The notes: a model not told the origin generated them from the letters alone. A stretch of 32,000 nt of DNA from Candidatus Saccharimonadota bacterium (GCF_003351905.1 NZ_CP022339.1:390001-422000); one strand, 5' to 3'. Counted from the first letter of the stretch, positions 16,871 to 27,249 are shown. Numbers and translations: made by a program.

Positions 16871-19651
16871 ATGCAACCTTATATTTTTACGGAGATAGAA
16901 AAAAAATGGCAGAATAGATGGCAAGAACAAAAATCTATTATAAGTAGTAGGTCTTGTACTACTACCGATGCGCCCAAATATTACCTACTAAATATGTTTC
17001 CCTACCCTTCAGGATCAGGCCTCCATGTAGGGCATTATATGGGATATGTGGCTTCAGATATATTGGCTCGTTATTATAAACATAACGGATACCATGTACT
17101 GAACCCAATGGGATTTGATGCTTTTGGCCTGCCTGCTGAGCAGCATGCGATCCAAACCGGCAGGCACCCTGCCATTACCACTGCAAAAAATATAGAAAAA
17201 TATACCGCACAACTGAATCAAGTGGCCTTAGACTTCGATTGGGATCAATCCGTTAATACTAGTGACCCTGCTTATTATAGGTGGACACAATGGATATTTT
17301 TACAAATGTTCAATGCTTGGTACAATACCGCTACACAAAAAGCAGCGCCTATTGACGCACTGATTCAGGAATTTGTTCGCCACGGTAATACCAAAGTGCA
17401 AGCTGCCTGTGATGACCATACACCTATTTTTTCAGCTGAAGAGTGGGGTGCATACACTGAAACAGAACAACAGGCCAAGCTATTGCACTATCGATTGGCT
17501 TATCTCAAGGATAGCATGGTCAACTGGTGTGAGGGGTTGGGCACTGTTTTAGCCAATGAGGAAGTGAAAGATGGGCTTTCTGAAAGAGGCGGTTATCCAG
17601 TGACACGCAAAAAGATGAAACAATGGAGTTTACGTATGACCGCCTATGCAGAACGGTTGCGCGCCGATCTAGACCTCCTAGATTGGCCTCTTTCTACCAA
17701 AGAGATGCAGCGCAACTGGTTGGGTAAGTCTGAAGGTGCAGAAATTACCTTTAGAGTGCAAGGACAACGTGGCGAAACGATTACGGTTTTTACTACCAGA
17801 CCAGAAACCATTTTTGGTGCTTGCTTTATAGCCTTAGCGCCTGAGCATCCTTGGGTGTATTTTATGGCCAAACAAACCGGTGATGTAGAACTTATGACCT
17901 ATATCGAACAGTCACAAAACCGTTCAGAGCGAAGCCGTCTTGCAGAAACTAATTTTTTAAGCGGTGTGTTTGTAGGTGCTTGTGTTATTCATCCTTTTAC
18001 AGGAGCCCCCTTACCCATTTGGGTAGCAGATTATGTACTACCTAACTATGGTAGCGGTGCGATTATGGGGGTGCCTGCGCATGATAAACGAGATTATATC
18101 TTTGCGCAATCTTTTGATTTATTAACCTTACCTGTAATAGAAAGTACGGTACTGATAGAAGATGGGCCCTACGAAGCCCCTGAAGGTAAGATGATTAACT
18201 CTGATTTTTTAAATGGACTTTCCGTATCGGAAGCTGCTAAAAAAGCGGTCCAAATACTTACGCAAAAAAAGATTGGCCGGTATAAGGTGAACTATAGATT
18301 GCAAGATCCTATATTTAGTCGGCAACGATATTGGGGGGAGCCTTTTCCAATATATTACAAGGACAATGGACTCCCTTATCCACTTGCTGCGTCTCAATTG
18401 CCCCTTGTATTACCAGCCGTAAGTAGTTATACCCCTAATCAATCTGGTGCGCCTCCATTGGGTAATGCAGCCAACTGGTCTACACCAGAAGGCTATCCTT
18501 TAGACCTCCATACGATGCCAGGTTGGGCGGGTTCTAGTTGGTATTTTTTGCGGTACATGGACCCACACAATACAGAAACCTTTCTGAGCAAAGAAAAAGA
18601 AGCCTATTGGAAAGCAGTAGATTTTTATATAGGTGGCGCAGAACATGCCACAGGGCATCTGCTTTATGCACGCTTTTGGACCAAACTATTATATGATTTG
18701 GGTCATATTGCAATGCATGAACCATTTCCAAGATTGCTCCATCAAGGGCTCATTCAGAAACTTACCGCCATAGTATATCGCTTAAAAGATAAAAATGTTT
18801 TTGTAAGTGCTGGCCTTATAGCGGAATATGATGTTATGCCGATCTATATTCCTACAGCATTTGTCGAAAAAGAGGTTGTAGACCTAAAAGCTTTAAAAAA
18901 CTGGCGTCCTGAGTTTGCGGATGCATGCTTCCTGCTAGAGGAGGGGAAATATATATGTGGGGGTAAAATGGAAAAAATGTCTAAATCGAAACACAATGTA
19001 GTGGACCCAGAGCAGGTGATCGCCGAATATGGCGCTGATGCTTTACGTTTGTATTTGATGTTTTTAGGACCATTAGAACAATCTAAACCATGGGATTTAT
19101 CTGGTATAGAAGGAGTCTTCCGTTTTCTAAACAAAGCATGGCGTTTTGTACATCGTGCAAAAGCTACCTGGACGACTACTGCGCTAGACCAGATCACGCT
19201 TAAAATCATGCATCAAACGATTAAAAATGTAACGCATGCAATTCAAAAATGTTCTTTTAATACGGCGATAAGTAGTTTAATGATTTGCCTGAATAGGTTA
19301 GCAACTTGTGAGCGGGTAACGCCCTCTATTGTAGCCGACTTTATTTTACTGTTGGAGCCTTTTGCACCTTATATAGCTGCTGAGCTATGGGAAACGATAG
19401 GCAAAACAGACAGCATTAAAGCGGTTGGTTTTCCACTTTGGGATGAGACCTATCTAGAGGAAAAAAGTTTTACCTACCCTATTGCAGTGAATGGCAAGGT
19501 ACGCACTAAGATGGTTTTTGAATCTAATCTACCGCCTATGACTATAGAAGAAGCCGTATTGGCCAATGAGGCGATTCAAAAATGGGTGGCCGGAAAATCG
19601 CCTAAAAAGGTAGTAGTGGTGCCTAACAAAATGGTGAATATAGTTGTATAA
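16871..19651 (+). CDS. leuS: leucine--tRNA ligase
   Basis: PYPSGSGLHVGHYMGY (HIGH), editing-domain TTRPETIFG, KMSKSKHN (KMSKS), canonical C-terminal end KMVNIVV. 926 aa. Confidence 0.97.
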   Translation: MQPYIFTEIEKKWQNRWQEQKSIISSRSCTTTDAPKYYLLNMFPYPSGSGLHVGHYMGYVASDILARYYKHNGYHVLNPMGFDAFGLPAEQHAIQTGRHPAITTAKNIEKYTAQLNQVALDFDWDQSVNTSDPAYYRWTQWIFLQMFNAWYNTATQKAAPIDALIQEFVRHGNTKVQAACDDHTPIFSAEEWGAYTETEQQAKLLHYRLAYLKDSMVNWCEGLGTVLANEEVKDGLSERGGYPVTRKKMKQWSLRMTAYAERLRADLDLLDWPLSTKEMQRNWLGKSEGAEITFRVQGQRGETITVFTTRPETIFGACFIALAPEHPWVYFMAKQTGDVELMTYIEQSQNRSERSRLAETNFLSGVFVGACVIHPFTGAPLPIWVADYVLPNYGSGAIMGVPAHDKRDYIFAQSFDLLTLPVIESTVLIEDGPYEAPEGKMINSDFLNGLSVSEAAKKAVQILTQKKIGRYKVNYRLQDPIFSRQRYWGEPFPIYYKDNGLPYPLAASQLPLVLPAVSSYTPNQSGAPPLGNAANWSTPEGYPLDLHTMPGWAGSSWYFLRYMDPHNTETFLSKEKEAYWKAVDFYIGGAEHATGHLLYARFWTKLLYDLGHIAMHEPFPRLLHQGLIQKLTAIVYRLKDKNVFVSAGLIAEYDVMPIYIPTAFVEKEVVDLKALKNWRPEFADACFLLEEGKYICGGKMEKMSKSKHNVVDPEQVIAEYGADALRLYLMFLGPLEQSKPWDLSGIEGVFRFLNKAWRFVHRAKATWTTTALDQITLKIMHQTIKNVTHAIQKCSFNTAISSLMICLNRLATCERVTPSIVADFILLLEPFAPYIAAELWETIGKTDSIKAVGFPLWDETYLEEKSFTYPIAVNGKVRTKMVFESNLPPMTIEEAVLANEAIQKWVAGKSPKKVVVVPNKMVNIVV

Positions 19652-19963
19652 CATCTCCCTGGATGGATCGTTGCTCCATTGCTTTTATTATGCACTAAAG
19701 AATACTTCAATAAAGATCTTCTCGGATTACTGCTTACACGTGAAGATCTAGATACACATCCAAAATGTAAATTGAACAATGAGGCTGATCAGCAGCTAAC
19801 GCCTTATCTTTGTGCGCGCTATTTTGACAACAAAGAAGCAGAGGAAATCTTACAACAAGACAGGCGTTTTAATTGTGAAAAAGGAATACCCAAGTACCCT
19901 CCTAGCAGCACTAAAATGAAAGGATTGTTGTATAAGTTTTTGCAAAAAGTTTGTCGCCTATAA
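19652..19963 (+). pseudogene. start-less open frame, possibly a relic of an ankyrin-like gene
   Basis: 103 sense codons follow the leuS TAA in the same frame, with no ATG near the 5' end; the track uses a TTG at 19679. LLGLLLTREDLDTHPKCKLNNEADQQLTPYLCARYFDNKEAEEILQ loosely follows the ANK repeat pattern. Confidence 0.25.
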
Positions 19964-20058
19964 AAAAATGGTTGAGCAACTAGGAACCACATAAAGCATA
20001 GTGCTTACTGTACCTAATCTGGTTTAGTTTAAGGGAAATAGTAGTTATTGTTATAGGG

Positions 20059-20078
20059 CAATTACAATGCATTGTAAT
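20059..20078. promoter_or_regulatory. perfect 20-bp palindrome aattacaatgcattgtaatt
   Basis: Verified base by base as its own reverse complement. It lies in the leuS / outer-membrane-protein intergenic region, about 230 bp upstream of ATG 20311. It is a candidate dimeric regulator site. Confidence 0.3.
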
Positions 20079-20182
20079 TTGTATTAAAAGTATAATATAT
20101 CTATCATCGGACTTCTGACAACGTTAACCAAGAAAAACTGACGCTTGTAAAAAATTGAGCCAGGAAAGCTTATTATAGGTTA

Positions 20183-20215
20183 TATTTCTATACCTAGAAA
20201 TAATTTATAACTTTG
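20183..20215 (+). promoter_or_regulatory. 8-bp inverted repeat (tatttcta-tacc-tagaaata) abutting a TAACTTTG -7 box
   Basis: The inverted repeat is at 20183-20190 / 20195-20202. The TAnnTTTG match is at 20208-20215, about 95 nt upstream of ATG 20311. Confidence 0.4.
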
Positions 20216-20310
20216 ATGTGGTATGAAGCATGCACCATCTGGTGCTATAGTTATGCTAATCGGCATATTACGATGATATAAATGCCCTATTTTCTTTAAA
20301 AACCAGTAAA

Positions 20311-21924
20311 ATGAAATACACTTGGTTATTTATTGCTTCATTTTTTTGGCTACCTGTGGCTATATGCCATGCAGAAACTAAGGCCATCAAGGATGCAGAA
20401 TTTGTTATTGAAAAGCAAAAAAATAATAGAGTCAACCAGGAGCAAAGACTATTTTTTAAAGCGCCCACGCGCACCACAAAAAGCACGAATAAGCCTTTGG
20501 CCACCATCCAAGCGCTAACGTTAGAAGATATGGCATTTGAGCCTGCACCTGAAACATATCGTCCATTTAGTTTAGCAGCGCAAGGAAATAGCCCTACCTT
20601 TAACCACTACTGGAGGCTAGGCATTGGGTCATTGCTACTCCCTTATGTAGAAGTTGGATTAGCCAACTGCTGCTTTGGGCGATCCATTTGGTCGATAGCT
20701 TTTACTCCAGAGTTATGGAACAAAAAATCCAGGGAAGCTGCATTGGGTCTACAAGGTCAATATAGCATAGAGTCGTGGCTGCTCCAGCCAAGTATACATT
20801 ATCAACATGCTTGGTACAAATATAACGATACCATAACGGATACCCGTAGGCTACATCAAGTACAGGCCAACCTATGGGTTAAACAAGCCAACGCATCCTC
20901 CATGCAGGATGGACAAGTAAGGCTACATGTACTTAAGGATCACGATAAAAAGATCAACGAACAGCTCTTAACGCTAAAATATAAATGGGTAAAGCAGCTA
21001 GATAATTGGTCTTTAAAAGTAGCTAGTTACAACGATATAGCTGGCTATACAAATGATCGCATCCAACAAACCCGTTTCATTTTGTCAACTGCGCCAAGCT
21101 TTTATTTACATTTGTTTAAGCCGATGCAGCTCAAAGTTGGCCTACGAATGGCCTATCATAATGACCCAATTCCTGGAAAAATACCTCGTTTTGATCTCTA
21201 TCCTATGGCCAAAATAGCCTATATGGCGGCAACCTGGCTTGTTCCTTATATGGGCATAAAGGGCATGGGGGTAGGGGGCAGTGTCATTCCATTGCACCTA
21301 CATGACCTAGTAGCTAAAAATCCTTTTATAGCTTCCAATTGGAAGCTATCGCACCAGCATCAATACTTCAAGCTGTATGGTGGTAGTAAAGGGGTTGTTA
21401 CACCCCATTGTACGTATCACCTACATATAGTCTATCAGCGGCTTAAAAACCAGTCTAGAATCCTATCTGATACAACGCACCAGATTAAATTGGCCTATCA
21501 TCCATCGGACTATAATCTATGCAAGGCCACAGGCCTGCTCGACTATAGACTGCCTAATGGGAAATTAGGCACCACTATACAAGGAACCTATCGCCTATAT
21601 TTTGATGATAAAGCGTATCCCGTCTGGTGGTACCACAAACCTGTATACAAATTCAAGCAAGCGCTCTTCTATAAACCGCATGCAAAAGTGTTACTAAATG
21701 GTAAGCTACACCTAGATGGCCCAACCACTGTAAAAAATATAGAGGGCACTGCTACTGCACTCAACAAGACTATCAACCTTTCTTTAGGTGTGGATTATGC
21801 TATCTTCAATAGGTTGACTGCATTTATAATGGTTAGTAACTTACTCAACCGAACGCATATTACTTATACCGGTTATCCTGATAAAAAAATCAACATTACA
21901 GGTGGCCTAGCATATAAATGGTAA
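20311..21924 (+). CDS. putative outer-membrane beta-barrel protein, family not recognised
   Basis: Signal peptide MKYTWLFIASFFWLPVAICHA. Alternating aromatic/polar strand-like segments run throughout. The C-terminus NLLNRTHITYTGYPDKKINITGGLAYKW ends in an aromatic residue and resembles the terminal strands of TonB-dependent/porin-type barrels. Confidence 0.65.
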   Translation: MKYTWLFIASFFWLPVAICHAETKAIKDAEFVIEKQKNNRVNQEQRLFFKAPTRTTKSTNKPLATIQALTLEDMAFEPAPETYRPFSLAAQGNSPTFNHYWRLGIGSLLLPYVEVGLANCCFGRSIWSIAFTPELWNKKSREAALGLQGQYSIESWLLQPSIHYQHAWYKYNDTITDTRRLHQVQANLWVKQANASSMQDGQVRLHVLKDHDKKINEQLLTLKYKWVKQLDNWSLKVASYNDIAGYTNDRIQQTRFILSTAPSFYLHLFKPMQLKVGLRMAYHNDPIPGKIPRFDLYPMAKIAYMAATWLVPYMGIKGMGVGGSVIPLHLHDLVAKNPFIASNWKLSHQHQYFKLYGGSKGVVTPHCTYHLHIVYQRLKNQSRILSDTTHQIKLAYHPSDYNLCKATGLLDYRLPNGKLGTTIQGTYRLYFDDKAYPVWWYHKPVYKFKQALFYKPHAKVLLNGKLHLDGPTTVKNIEGTATALNKTINLSLGVDYAIFNRLTAFIMVSNLLNRTHITYTGYPDKKINITGGLAYKW

Positions 21925-21934
21925 TTTATATATT

Positions 21935-22954
21935 ATGATGGATTGCATTGCCCAGTTACGGGAAAAAATTGACAGTTGGACCATTCAAGATAAACACTCA
22001 TTAGAAAGCTTTCGGCGCGATTTTATCAGTAAAAAGGGAGCTATTGCGCGTCTATTTGAGGCGTTCAAGCAGCTTTCTATTGCAGAAAAAAAAGCAATGG
22101 GTCCAGCGCTAAACAGTTTAAAAAATGAAGCAGAAAAGAAGTTTAAAAGTGCAGCAAGCCTATTAGAATCAAAGCCCTCTACAGCGCAACCCATAGGCGA
22201 TGTAACCCTCCCTTCTTTTGGCCCGGCTATAGGTAGCCTCCATCCCTTGACTATTGTTCAAAACAAGATTATTTCTATATTTCAGCGCATGGGTTTTAAT
22301 CTTGCAGAAGGGCCAGAAATTGTAGATGACTGGCATAACTTTAGCGCATTGAACTTTCCTGACAATCATCCTGCACGTGATATGCAGGATACATTCTTTG
22401 TGCAGCGTAATCCAGATCAGTTGTTGCGCACACATACTACTTCTGTACAAATTTCAACCTGCACGGCCCAAAGACCTCCCATTCGATCTATTGCTGTGGG
22501 ACGTGTCTTTAGAAATGAGGCAATCTCTGCACGGTCGCATTGCTTTTTTCACCAAGTGGATGGGATGTATATTCACACAGATGTGGCCTTCAGTGATTTA
22601 AAAGGTACCATCTATCATTTTGTGGAGACCCTATTTGGTCCAGCAACCAAACTGCGTTTCAGGGCTTCTTATTTCCCTTTTACAGAGCCCAGTGCAGAGG
22701 TAGATATAAACTGTAGGCTATGTACAGGCAAAGGATGTACGGTTTGCAAGCACTCAGGTTGGGTAGAGATATTGGGCGCAGGCATGATTGACCCTCATGT
22801 CTTAACCAATTGCCACATTGACCCTGAGGCATACAGTGGTTTTGCTTTTGGCATGGGTATAGAGCGCATAGCCATGCTGCTCTATCAAATTGATGACCTA
22901 CGGCTGTTTTCTGAAAATCACCTTGCTTTTTTACGTCAATTTGTAGCCTGTTAG
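21935..22954 (+). CDS. pheS: phenylalanine--tRNA ligase alpha subunit
   Basis: Class II motifs: HPARDMQDTFF, LRTHTTSVQ, GRVFRNEAISARSH, FPFTEPSAEVD, GMGIERIAML. 339 aa. Confidence 0.95.
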   Translation: MMDCIAQLREKIDSWTIQDKHSLESFRRDFISKKGAIARLFEAFKQLSIAEKKAMGPALNSLKNEAEKKFKSAASLLESKPSTAQPIGDVTLPSFGPAIGSLHPLTIVQNKIISIFQRMGFNLAEGPEIVDDWHNFSALNFPDNHPARDMQDTFFVQRNPDQLLRTHTTSVQISTCTAQRPPIRSIAVGRVFRNEAISARSHCFFHQVDGMYIHTDVAFSDLKGTIYHFVETLFGPATKLRFRASYFPFTEPSAEVDINCRLCTGKGCTVCKHSGWVEILGAGMIDPHVLTNCHIDPEAYSGFAFGMGIERIAMLLYQIDDLRLFSENHLAFLRQFVAC

Positions 22955-23033
22955 CACCATATCTGTTCAAATCACTGTTTGTTATGTTACAAGAACAACA
23001 CTCCTGGAAAAAGTCGTGGTGTAGAAATTGGCA

Positions 23034-23597
23034 TCATACAGATGATGAGGATATCTTTCTGTTAGGGTGCGCTGCCACCCATTGCGCCCAATGGCGGGGC
23101 TTGGCAGTAGTAGATGGACGTTGTTTACTATGGCACAAAGCTATGGCTAGTGCATCTGAATCATCTAAAAAAGTAAACGGAGTCGCTATATGAAGCAGAT
23201 GGCCAACCATAGTAGCAACTTGTTCCTTTGAAGCATTTCCATTTCCCGTAACCGCTTGTTTGACCTTACGTGGCGCATATTCTGTTACAGGTATTTCACA
23301 AGCCAAGGCTGCTGCAATCGCTACACCCTGTGCCCTACCTAACTTAAGCATGGATTGTACATTGGTGCCATAGAAAATGGATTCAATGGCGACCTCATCT
23401 GGTGCATGTTTTTGCAGCAATGCAATCATATGTAAATAGATATGGCGCATCCGTAACATATGTCCTTTGTATTTTTTTAATTGTAAAACACCATGTTCTA
23501 TTAATTTTACCGCATTGCCTGTTTCCGCTTCTTGAATAATACCGAAGCCCATAATCACACTACCAGGATCTAATCCTAGAATAATTCTTCCACGCAT
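23034..23597 (-). CDS. ruvC: crossover junction endodeoxyribonuclease RuvC
   Basis: MRGRIILGLDPGSVIMGFGII (catalytic Asp), AIESIFYG (Glu), GRAQGVAIAA, and a C-terminal DDSDALAIALCH acidic pair. The track start 23615 is a TTG. ATG 23597 gives the usual RuvC N-terminus. Confidence 0.9.
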   Translation of the reverse strand: MRGRIILGLDPGSVIMGFGIIQEAETGNAVKLIEHGVLQLKKYKGHMLRMRHIYLHMIALLQKHAPDEVAIESIFYGTNVQSMLKLGRAQGVAIAAALACEIPVTEYAPRKVKQAVTGNGNASKEQVATMVGHLLHIATPFTFLDDSDALAIALCHSKQRPSTTAKPRHWAQWVAAHPNRKISSSSV

Positions 23598-23785
23598 AGG
23601 GTTGGTTTGGTTCAAAGGTATTGTATGCCTTGAAGTTAAGTAAAAAATCTAAAATAGCACCTGCCTAGCCTGTTTCATGCAACCCACTACAACTAACGTA
23701 TCTACCGAAAGCGTTACCTTACACGCCCAACAAAATGTTACATAGTTGAAAAAAAGTCAATAATCACCTAAATTAGTGGCCTACC

Positions 23786-23857
23786 GGTCTCGTAGTTCAA
23801 CGGATAGAATAGAAGTTTCCTAAACTTTTGATGCAGGTTCGATTCCTGCCGAGACCA
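23786..23857 (+). tRNA. tRNA-Arg (anticodon CCT)
   Basis: Hand-folded cloverleaf. Acceptor GGTCTCG/CGAGACC. D arm GTTC-AACGGATA-GAAT. Anticodon arm GAAGT-TTCCTAA-ACTTT (anticodon CCT). 4-nt variable loop. T arm GCAGG-TTCGATT-CCTGC. Discriminator A. CCA not encoded. 72 nt. Confidence 0.9.
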
Positions 23858-23919
23858 CGCTACTGTCAGGGTAAAACTAAAAGTGCCTAATAGCCTTACA
23901 TTGTACAATGAGGCCACCT

Positions 23920-25776
23920 TTAAATGGACGCCGTTGTAGGGTCGCCCTCTATTCTAAGGTTATTCATAATAAAATTCCGCCGTTCTGGTGTATTTTTACC
24001 CATATAAAAGGATAGTAAATCCCCTAAGCCCGCATGGGCAGCTGGTGTTACAGGAACCAACCGAATGGCTACGCCTATAAAATGGGCAAATTCATCAGGA
24101 GATATCTCCCCTAACCCTTTAAAACGGGTAATTTCAGGTTGTGCGCCCAGTGACTGGATGGCTAGCTCTTTTTCCGCTTCGGTGTAACAATAATGCGTCG
24201 TTTTTCTATTGCGTACCCTAAAAAGGGGAGTCTCTAATATATAGAGATGACCGCTATAGACTAATTCTGGAAAAAACTGCAAAAAATAGGTTAATATAAG
24301 CAACCGGATATGCATGCCATCTACATCAGCATCTGTAGCAATAACGATCTGGTTATACCGCAATCCATCTGGTCCATTGGCAATATTTAAAGCATGCTGT
24401 AATAGATTAAACTCTTCATTCTCATAGACCAGTTTTTTGGACTGCCCAAAACAGTTGAGTGGTTTGCCCCGCAATGAAAATACAGCTTGTGTGTCCACAT
24501 TACGGGATTTAGTAATAGAACCACTAGCAGAATTACCTTCTGTAATAAAAATAGTACTATCTAGACGATTGGGATGTTTGGAATTAAAATGAATATGACA
24601 GTCCCTTAGTTTTTTATTGTGTAAATTCGCCTTCTTGGTTTTTTCATGGACTAACTTTTTAATACCGGCTGTTTCTTTACGCTCACGTTCAGACTGAAAA
24701 ATACGCCTTTGTACTATTTCCGCTATAGATGGATTTTTGTGTAGATAATTATCTAATTCGCTTTTGATAAAGGTTATAATAAAACTACGAATGGTAGGGC
24801 CCTCAGGACCCATCTGTTGGGAACCAAGTTTTGTTTTGGTTTGGGATTCAAAAATAGGTTCTTGCACCTTAATGGAAAGCGCAGCGATTAATCCGCTACG
24901 GATATCCGAAGCATCAAACTCTTTTTTATAAAATTCGCGTATTGTTTTTACAATGGCTTCTTTTAAGGCATTTAAATGGGCGCCTCCCTGAGGGGTAAAT
25001 TGCCCATTAACGAAAGTATAATAGACCTCATTAGAAAGTGTATGATGGTGGGTTAGCGCTAGCTCAATATCTTGTTTTTTTAAATGAATGATCGGATAAG
25101 CATAGGTTTCAGGTGCCGTTTTAGCTTGTAATAAATCCAAAAGTCCACCCCGAGAATGGTATTTTTTACCGTTTAGATGTATAATAAGCCCTGTATTTAA
25201 AAAAGTGTAGTGCGCAATTTGCTCTTCTATAAACTGGGGCACAAAAGAAAATTGCTTAAAAATAGCGCCATCTGGTTTAAAGATGATATGGGTTCCATTG
25301 GGCTCATGGGTAGCTAGGATCTCTGATTCCTCTAACAATACGCCAGCAGAAAACGTAGCTGATTTGGTGCACCCATCCCGAAAAGATTGCACTTTACAAT
25401 AAGCGGAAAGCGCATTAACCGCTTTTATACCTACCCCATTTAACCCTACGGACTTTTGAAAAGCTTGGCTATCATATTTCCCCCCTGTATTGATTTTAGC
25501 CACACAGTCTACTAACTTACCCAATGGAATGCCCCTTCCAAAGTCTCGCACAGAAACATGCTGGTCTCCAGATATTTTTATTTCAATTTTTTTACCATAG
25601 CCCATTACAAACTCATCTACACTATTATCTATAACCTCCTTGAGGAGTATGTAGATACCGTCATCTGGTAGACTGCCATCACCCAATTTACCAATATACA
25701 TACCAGGGCGCAACCGGAGATGCTCTTGCCAGGCTAGGGAGCGGATATTTGCTTCTGTATAATGAGGAATGGCCAT
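23920..25776 (-). CDS. parE: DNA topoisomerase IV subunit B (type IIA topoisomerase B subunit)
   Basis: GHKL ATPase motifs [24 protein letters not shown]. Toprim [10 protein letters not shown] and [11 protein letters not shown]. At 618 aa it is shorter than typical GyrB and matches Bacteroidota ParE size. The ParE versus GyrB call rests on length and the EGNSA variant. Confidence 0.88.
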   Translation of the reverse strand: MAIPHYTEANIRSLAWQEHLRLRPGMYIGKLGDGSLPDDGIYILLKEVIDNSVDEFVMGYGKKIEIKISGDQHVSVRDFGRGIPLGKLVDCVAKINTGGKYDSQAFQKSVGLNGVGIKAVNALSAYCKVQSFRDGCTKSATFSAGVLLEESEILATHEPNGTHIIFKPDGAIFKQFSFVPQFIEEQIAHYTFLNTGLIIHLNGKKYHSRGGLLDLLQAKTAPETYAYPIIHLKKQDIELALTHHHTLSNEVYYTFVNGQFTPQGGAHLNALKEAIVKTIREFYKKEFDASDIRSGLIAALSIKVQEPIFESQTKTKLGSQQMGPEGPTIRSFIITFIKSELDNYLHKNPSIAEIVQRRIFQSERERKETAGIKKLVHEKTKKANLHNKKLRDCHIHFNSKHPNRLDSTIFITEGNSASGSITKSRNVDTQAVFSLRGKPLNCFGQSKKLVYENEEFNLLQHALNIANGPDGLRYNQIVIATDADVDGMHIRLLILTYFLQFFPELVYSGHLYILETPLFRVRNRKTTHYCYTEAEKELAIQSLGAQPEITRFKGLGEISPDEFAHFIGVAIRLVPVTPAAHAGLGDLLSFYMGKNTPERRNFIMNNLRIEGDPTTASI

Positions 25777-25849
25777 ATTAGATAGAAATTATGATACGTT
25801 TGAAACCAACTGACGCGTTGTGGTTTGCCCACTACCTAAAGCATCCAAC

Positions 25850-27019
25850 CTATGTAGACGGATCATCTAAGGCAAGATGCACTACAGTTTCTATCACATT
25901 TTGGGCTGCTTGCGTGAAATGATTAAAGTCTATAGTTGCTATGGTATCAGTTGCTTGATGATAATTGGGATTTCTCAAATTAGCTGTATCTGTAATCATA
26001 CAAGCAGGAAATCCTTCTAAAGCAAACGAACCATGATCAGATCGGTAAACATTCGGCATCCATCCAGGGAGCACGATAGGGTGCATAGGAAATGGTTCAG
26101 ACCTTACTTGATTATAACAGGCTATCCATTTCTTTTGAAATGCCCTGGACTGTAAATCACCTAACATGATAAGAAAGTTCCCTTGCTCTCCATAAAAATA
26201 TTTTAACCATTTCAGATACCAAGGATAGATTTGGCTGCCAGGCTTGTTAGAGAAATAACTGATGCTTTCAAGGGATACCATCCCTATAATGACCTCCCCT
26301 TTTTCTTTTGCTTGCTTGGCATATTGCACACTGCCCATATTGCTACCAAAGGGTTTGCCCGTCTGCACATCTAAACTATAAGGTGCCTCTTCATTAGGGA
26401 AAGCGACTAATTTTATCGTACACTTAATTTTTGTTTTATCCTCTAATTGCGTGCATAGCTCATACATATGCCTTGCGATTTCTATTAAAAGGGCAATACC
26501 AGAGCCATTGTCATCTGCTCCTGGTGTTCCGTAAACCGTGTCATAGTGTGCCCCGATTACAATACATGGTGTACTGTTTTTTGTATCCATACCATTGGGT
26601 ATGCTTGTATTACCTGGAATAACTACTTCTATATTTTGCACATCAAATTTTTGATGGTTATAGGTTGCACGATACGTAGTTATATTAGGTTGGTACCCGA
26701 TCTCTTTAAAGGCATGATCAATATATCGAGCGGCTTGACACAGTTTTTGGTAACATACTTGGTTCTCTATGTTTCTTGGACCAATAGTTTCTGATAAATA
26801 AGCTATATGCCGCTGTAAGTTCTTCTTTAGTGCTGCGTCTGACATCCTCGAGATGGTTGTACCTGTTTGTACAGGTGGATTTATACATGCGCCATGCGCA
26901 AGGGGTACAAACTTCAAAATAATGCCCATACAGCCCATGCATAGGGTAGCAAAACTTAAATAGGGCCTACACACCTTACTGTTACGCATAATTGTTACGC
27001 ATTTGCTATACCTACTCAT
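25850..27019 (-). CDS. M28 family zinc aminopeptidase, membrane-anchored or secreted
   Basis: VIGAHYDTVYGTPGADDNGSGIALLIEIAR is the M28 metal-binding signature. Later motifs are FPNEEAP and SDHGSF. The N-terminus has a hydrophobic segment ending LAHGA. Confidence 0.85.
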   Translation of the reverse strand: MSRYSKCVTIMRNSKVCRPYLSFATLCMGCMGIILKFVPLAHGACINPPVQTGTTISRMSDAALKKNLQRHIAYLSETIGPRNIENQVCYQKLCQAARYIDHAFKEIGYQPNITTYRATYNHQKFDVQNIEVVIPGNTSIPNGMDTKNSTPCIVIGAHYDTVYGTPGADDNGSGIALLIEIARHMYELCTQLEDKTKIKCTIKLVAFPNEEAPYSLDVQTGKPFGSNMGSVQYAKQAKEKGEVIIGMVSLESISYFSNKPGSQIYPWYLKWLKYFYGEQGNFLIMLGDLQSRAFQKKWIACYNQVRSEPFPMHPIVLPGWMPNVYRSDHGSFALEGFPACMITDTANLRNPNYHQATDTIATIDFNHFTQAAQNVIETVVHLALDDPST

Positions 27020-27249
27020 ACCTTTACCGAATAAAATAGGGATGTCATGTACACTATTTTGCTATATAAAACGTTAATTTAACAGATTACTTGCCATACA
27101 AGGAGATGCTAAATTGGCAAGGTAATAGAATATTATATTTTTTACAAAAAATTTACATTGCACCGACCATGTATGGTCTAATGCTGATCTCCTGAAATAA
27201 GGATGCTATACGTTTATATAGCACTATACGGATTGATTGTAATAATAAA

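Noticed and set aside
17644-19209. Antisense ORFs within leuS, including a 121-codon one at 18844-19209
   Set aside because: leuS coding evidence is overwhelming across this span. The antisense translations are Ser/Arg/Lys-rich with no motifs, as is typical of the antisense frame.
19649-19651. Programmed readthrough of the leuS stop codon producing an extended LeuS
   Set aside because: LeuS ends at its canonical C-terminus, TAA is a strong stop, and I saw no readthrough context. The downstream frame is better explained as a gene relic (reported as a low-interest finding).
20268-20518. ORFs 20268-20507 (minus strand) and 20333-20518 (plus strand) overlapping the 5' end of the outer-membrane protein gene
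   Set aside because: They overlap a CDS that has a clear signal peptide. No supporting features.
21985-23193. Short ORFs antisense to or out of frame with pheS and the 3' end of ruvC (21985-22194, 22169-22450, 22377-22601, 22680-22970, 22984-23193)
   Set aside because: All are embedded in well-supported genes or span the 79-bp convergent spacer. None has motifs.
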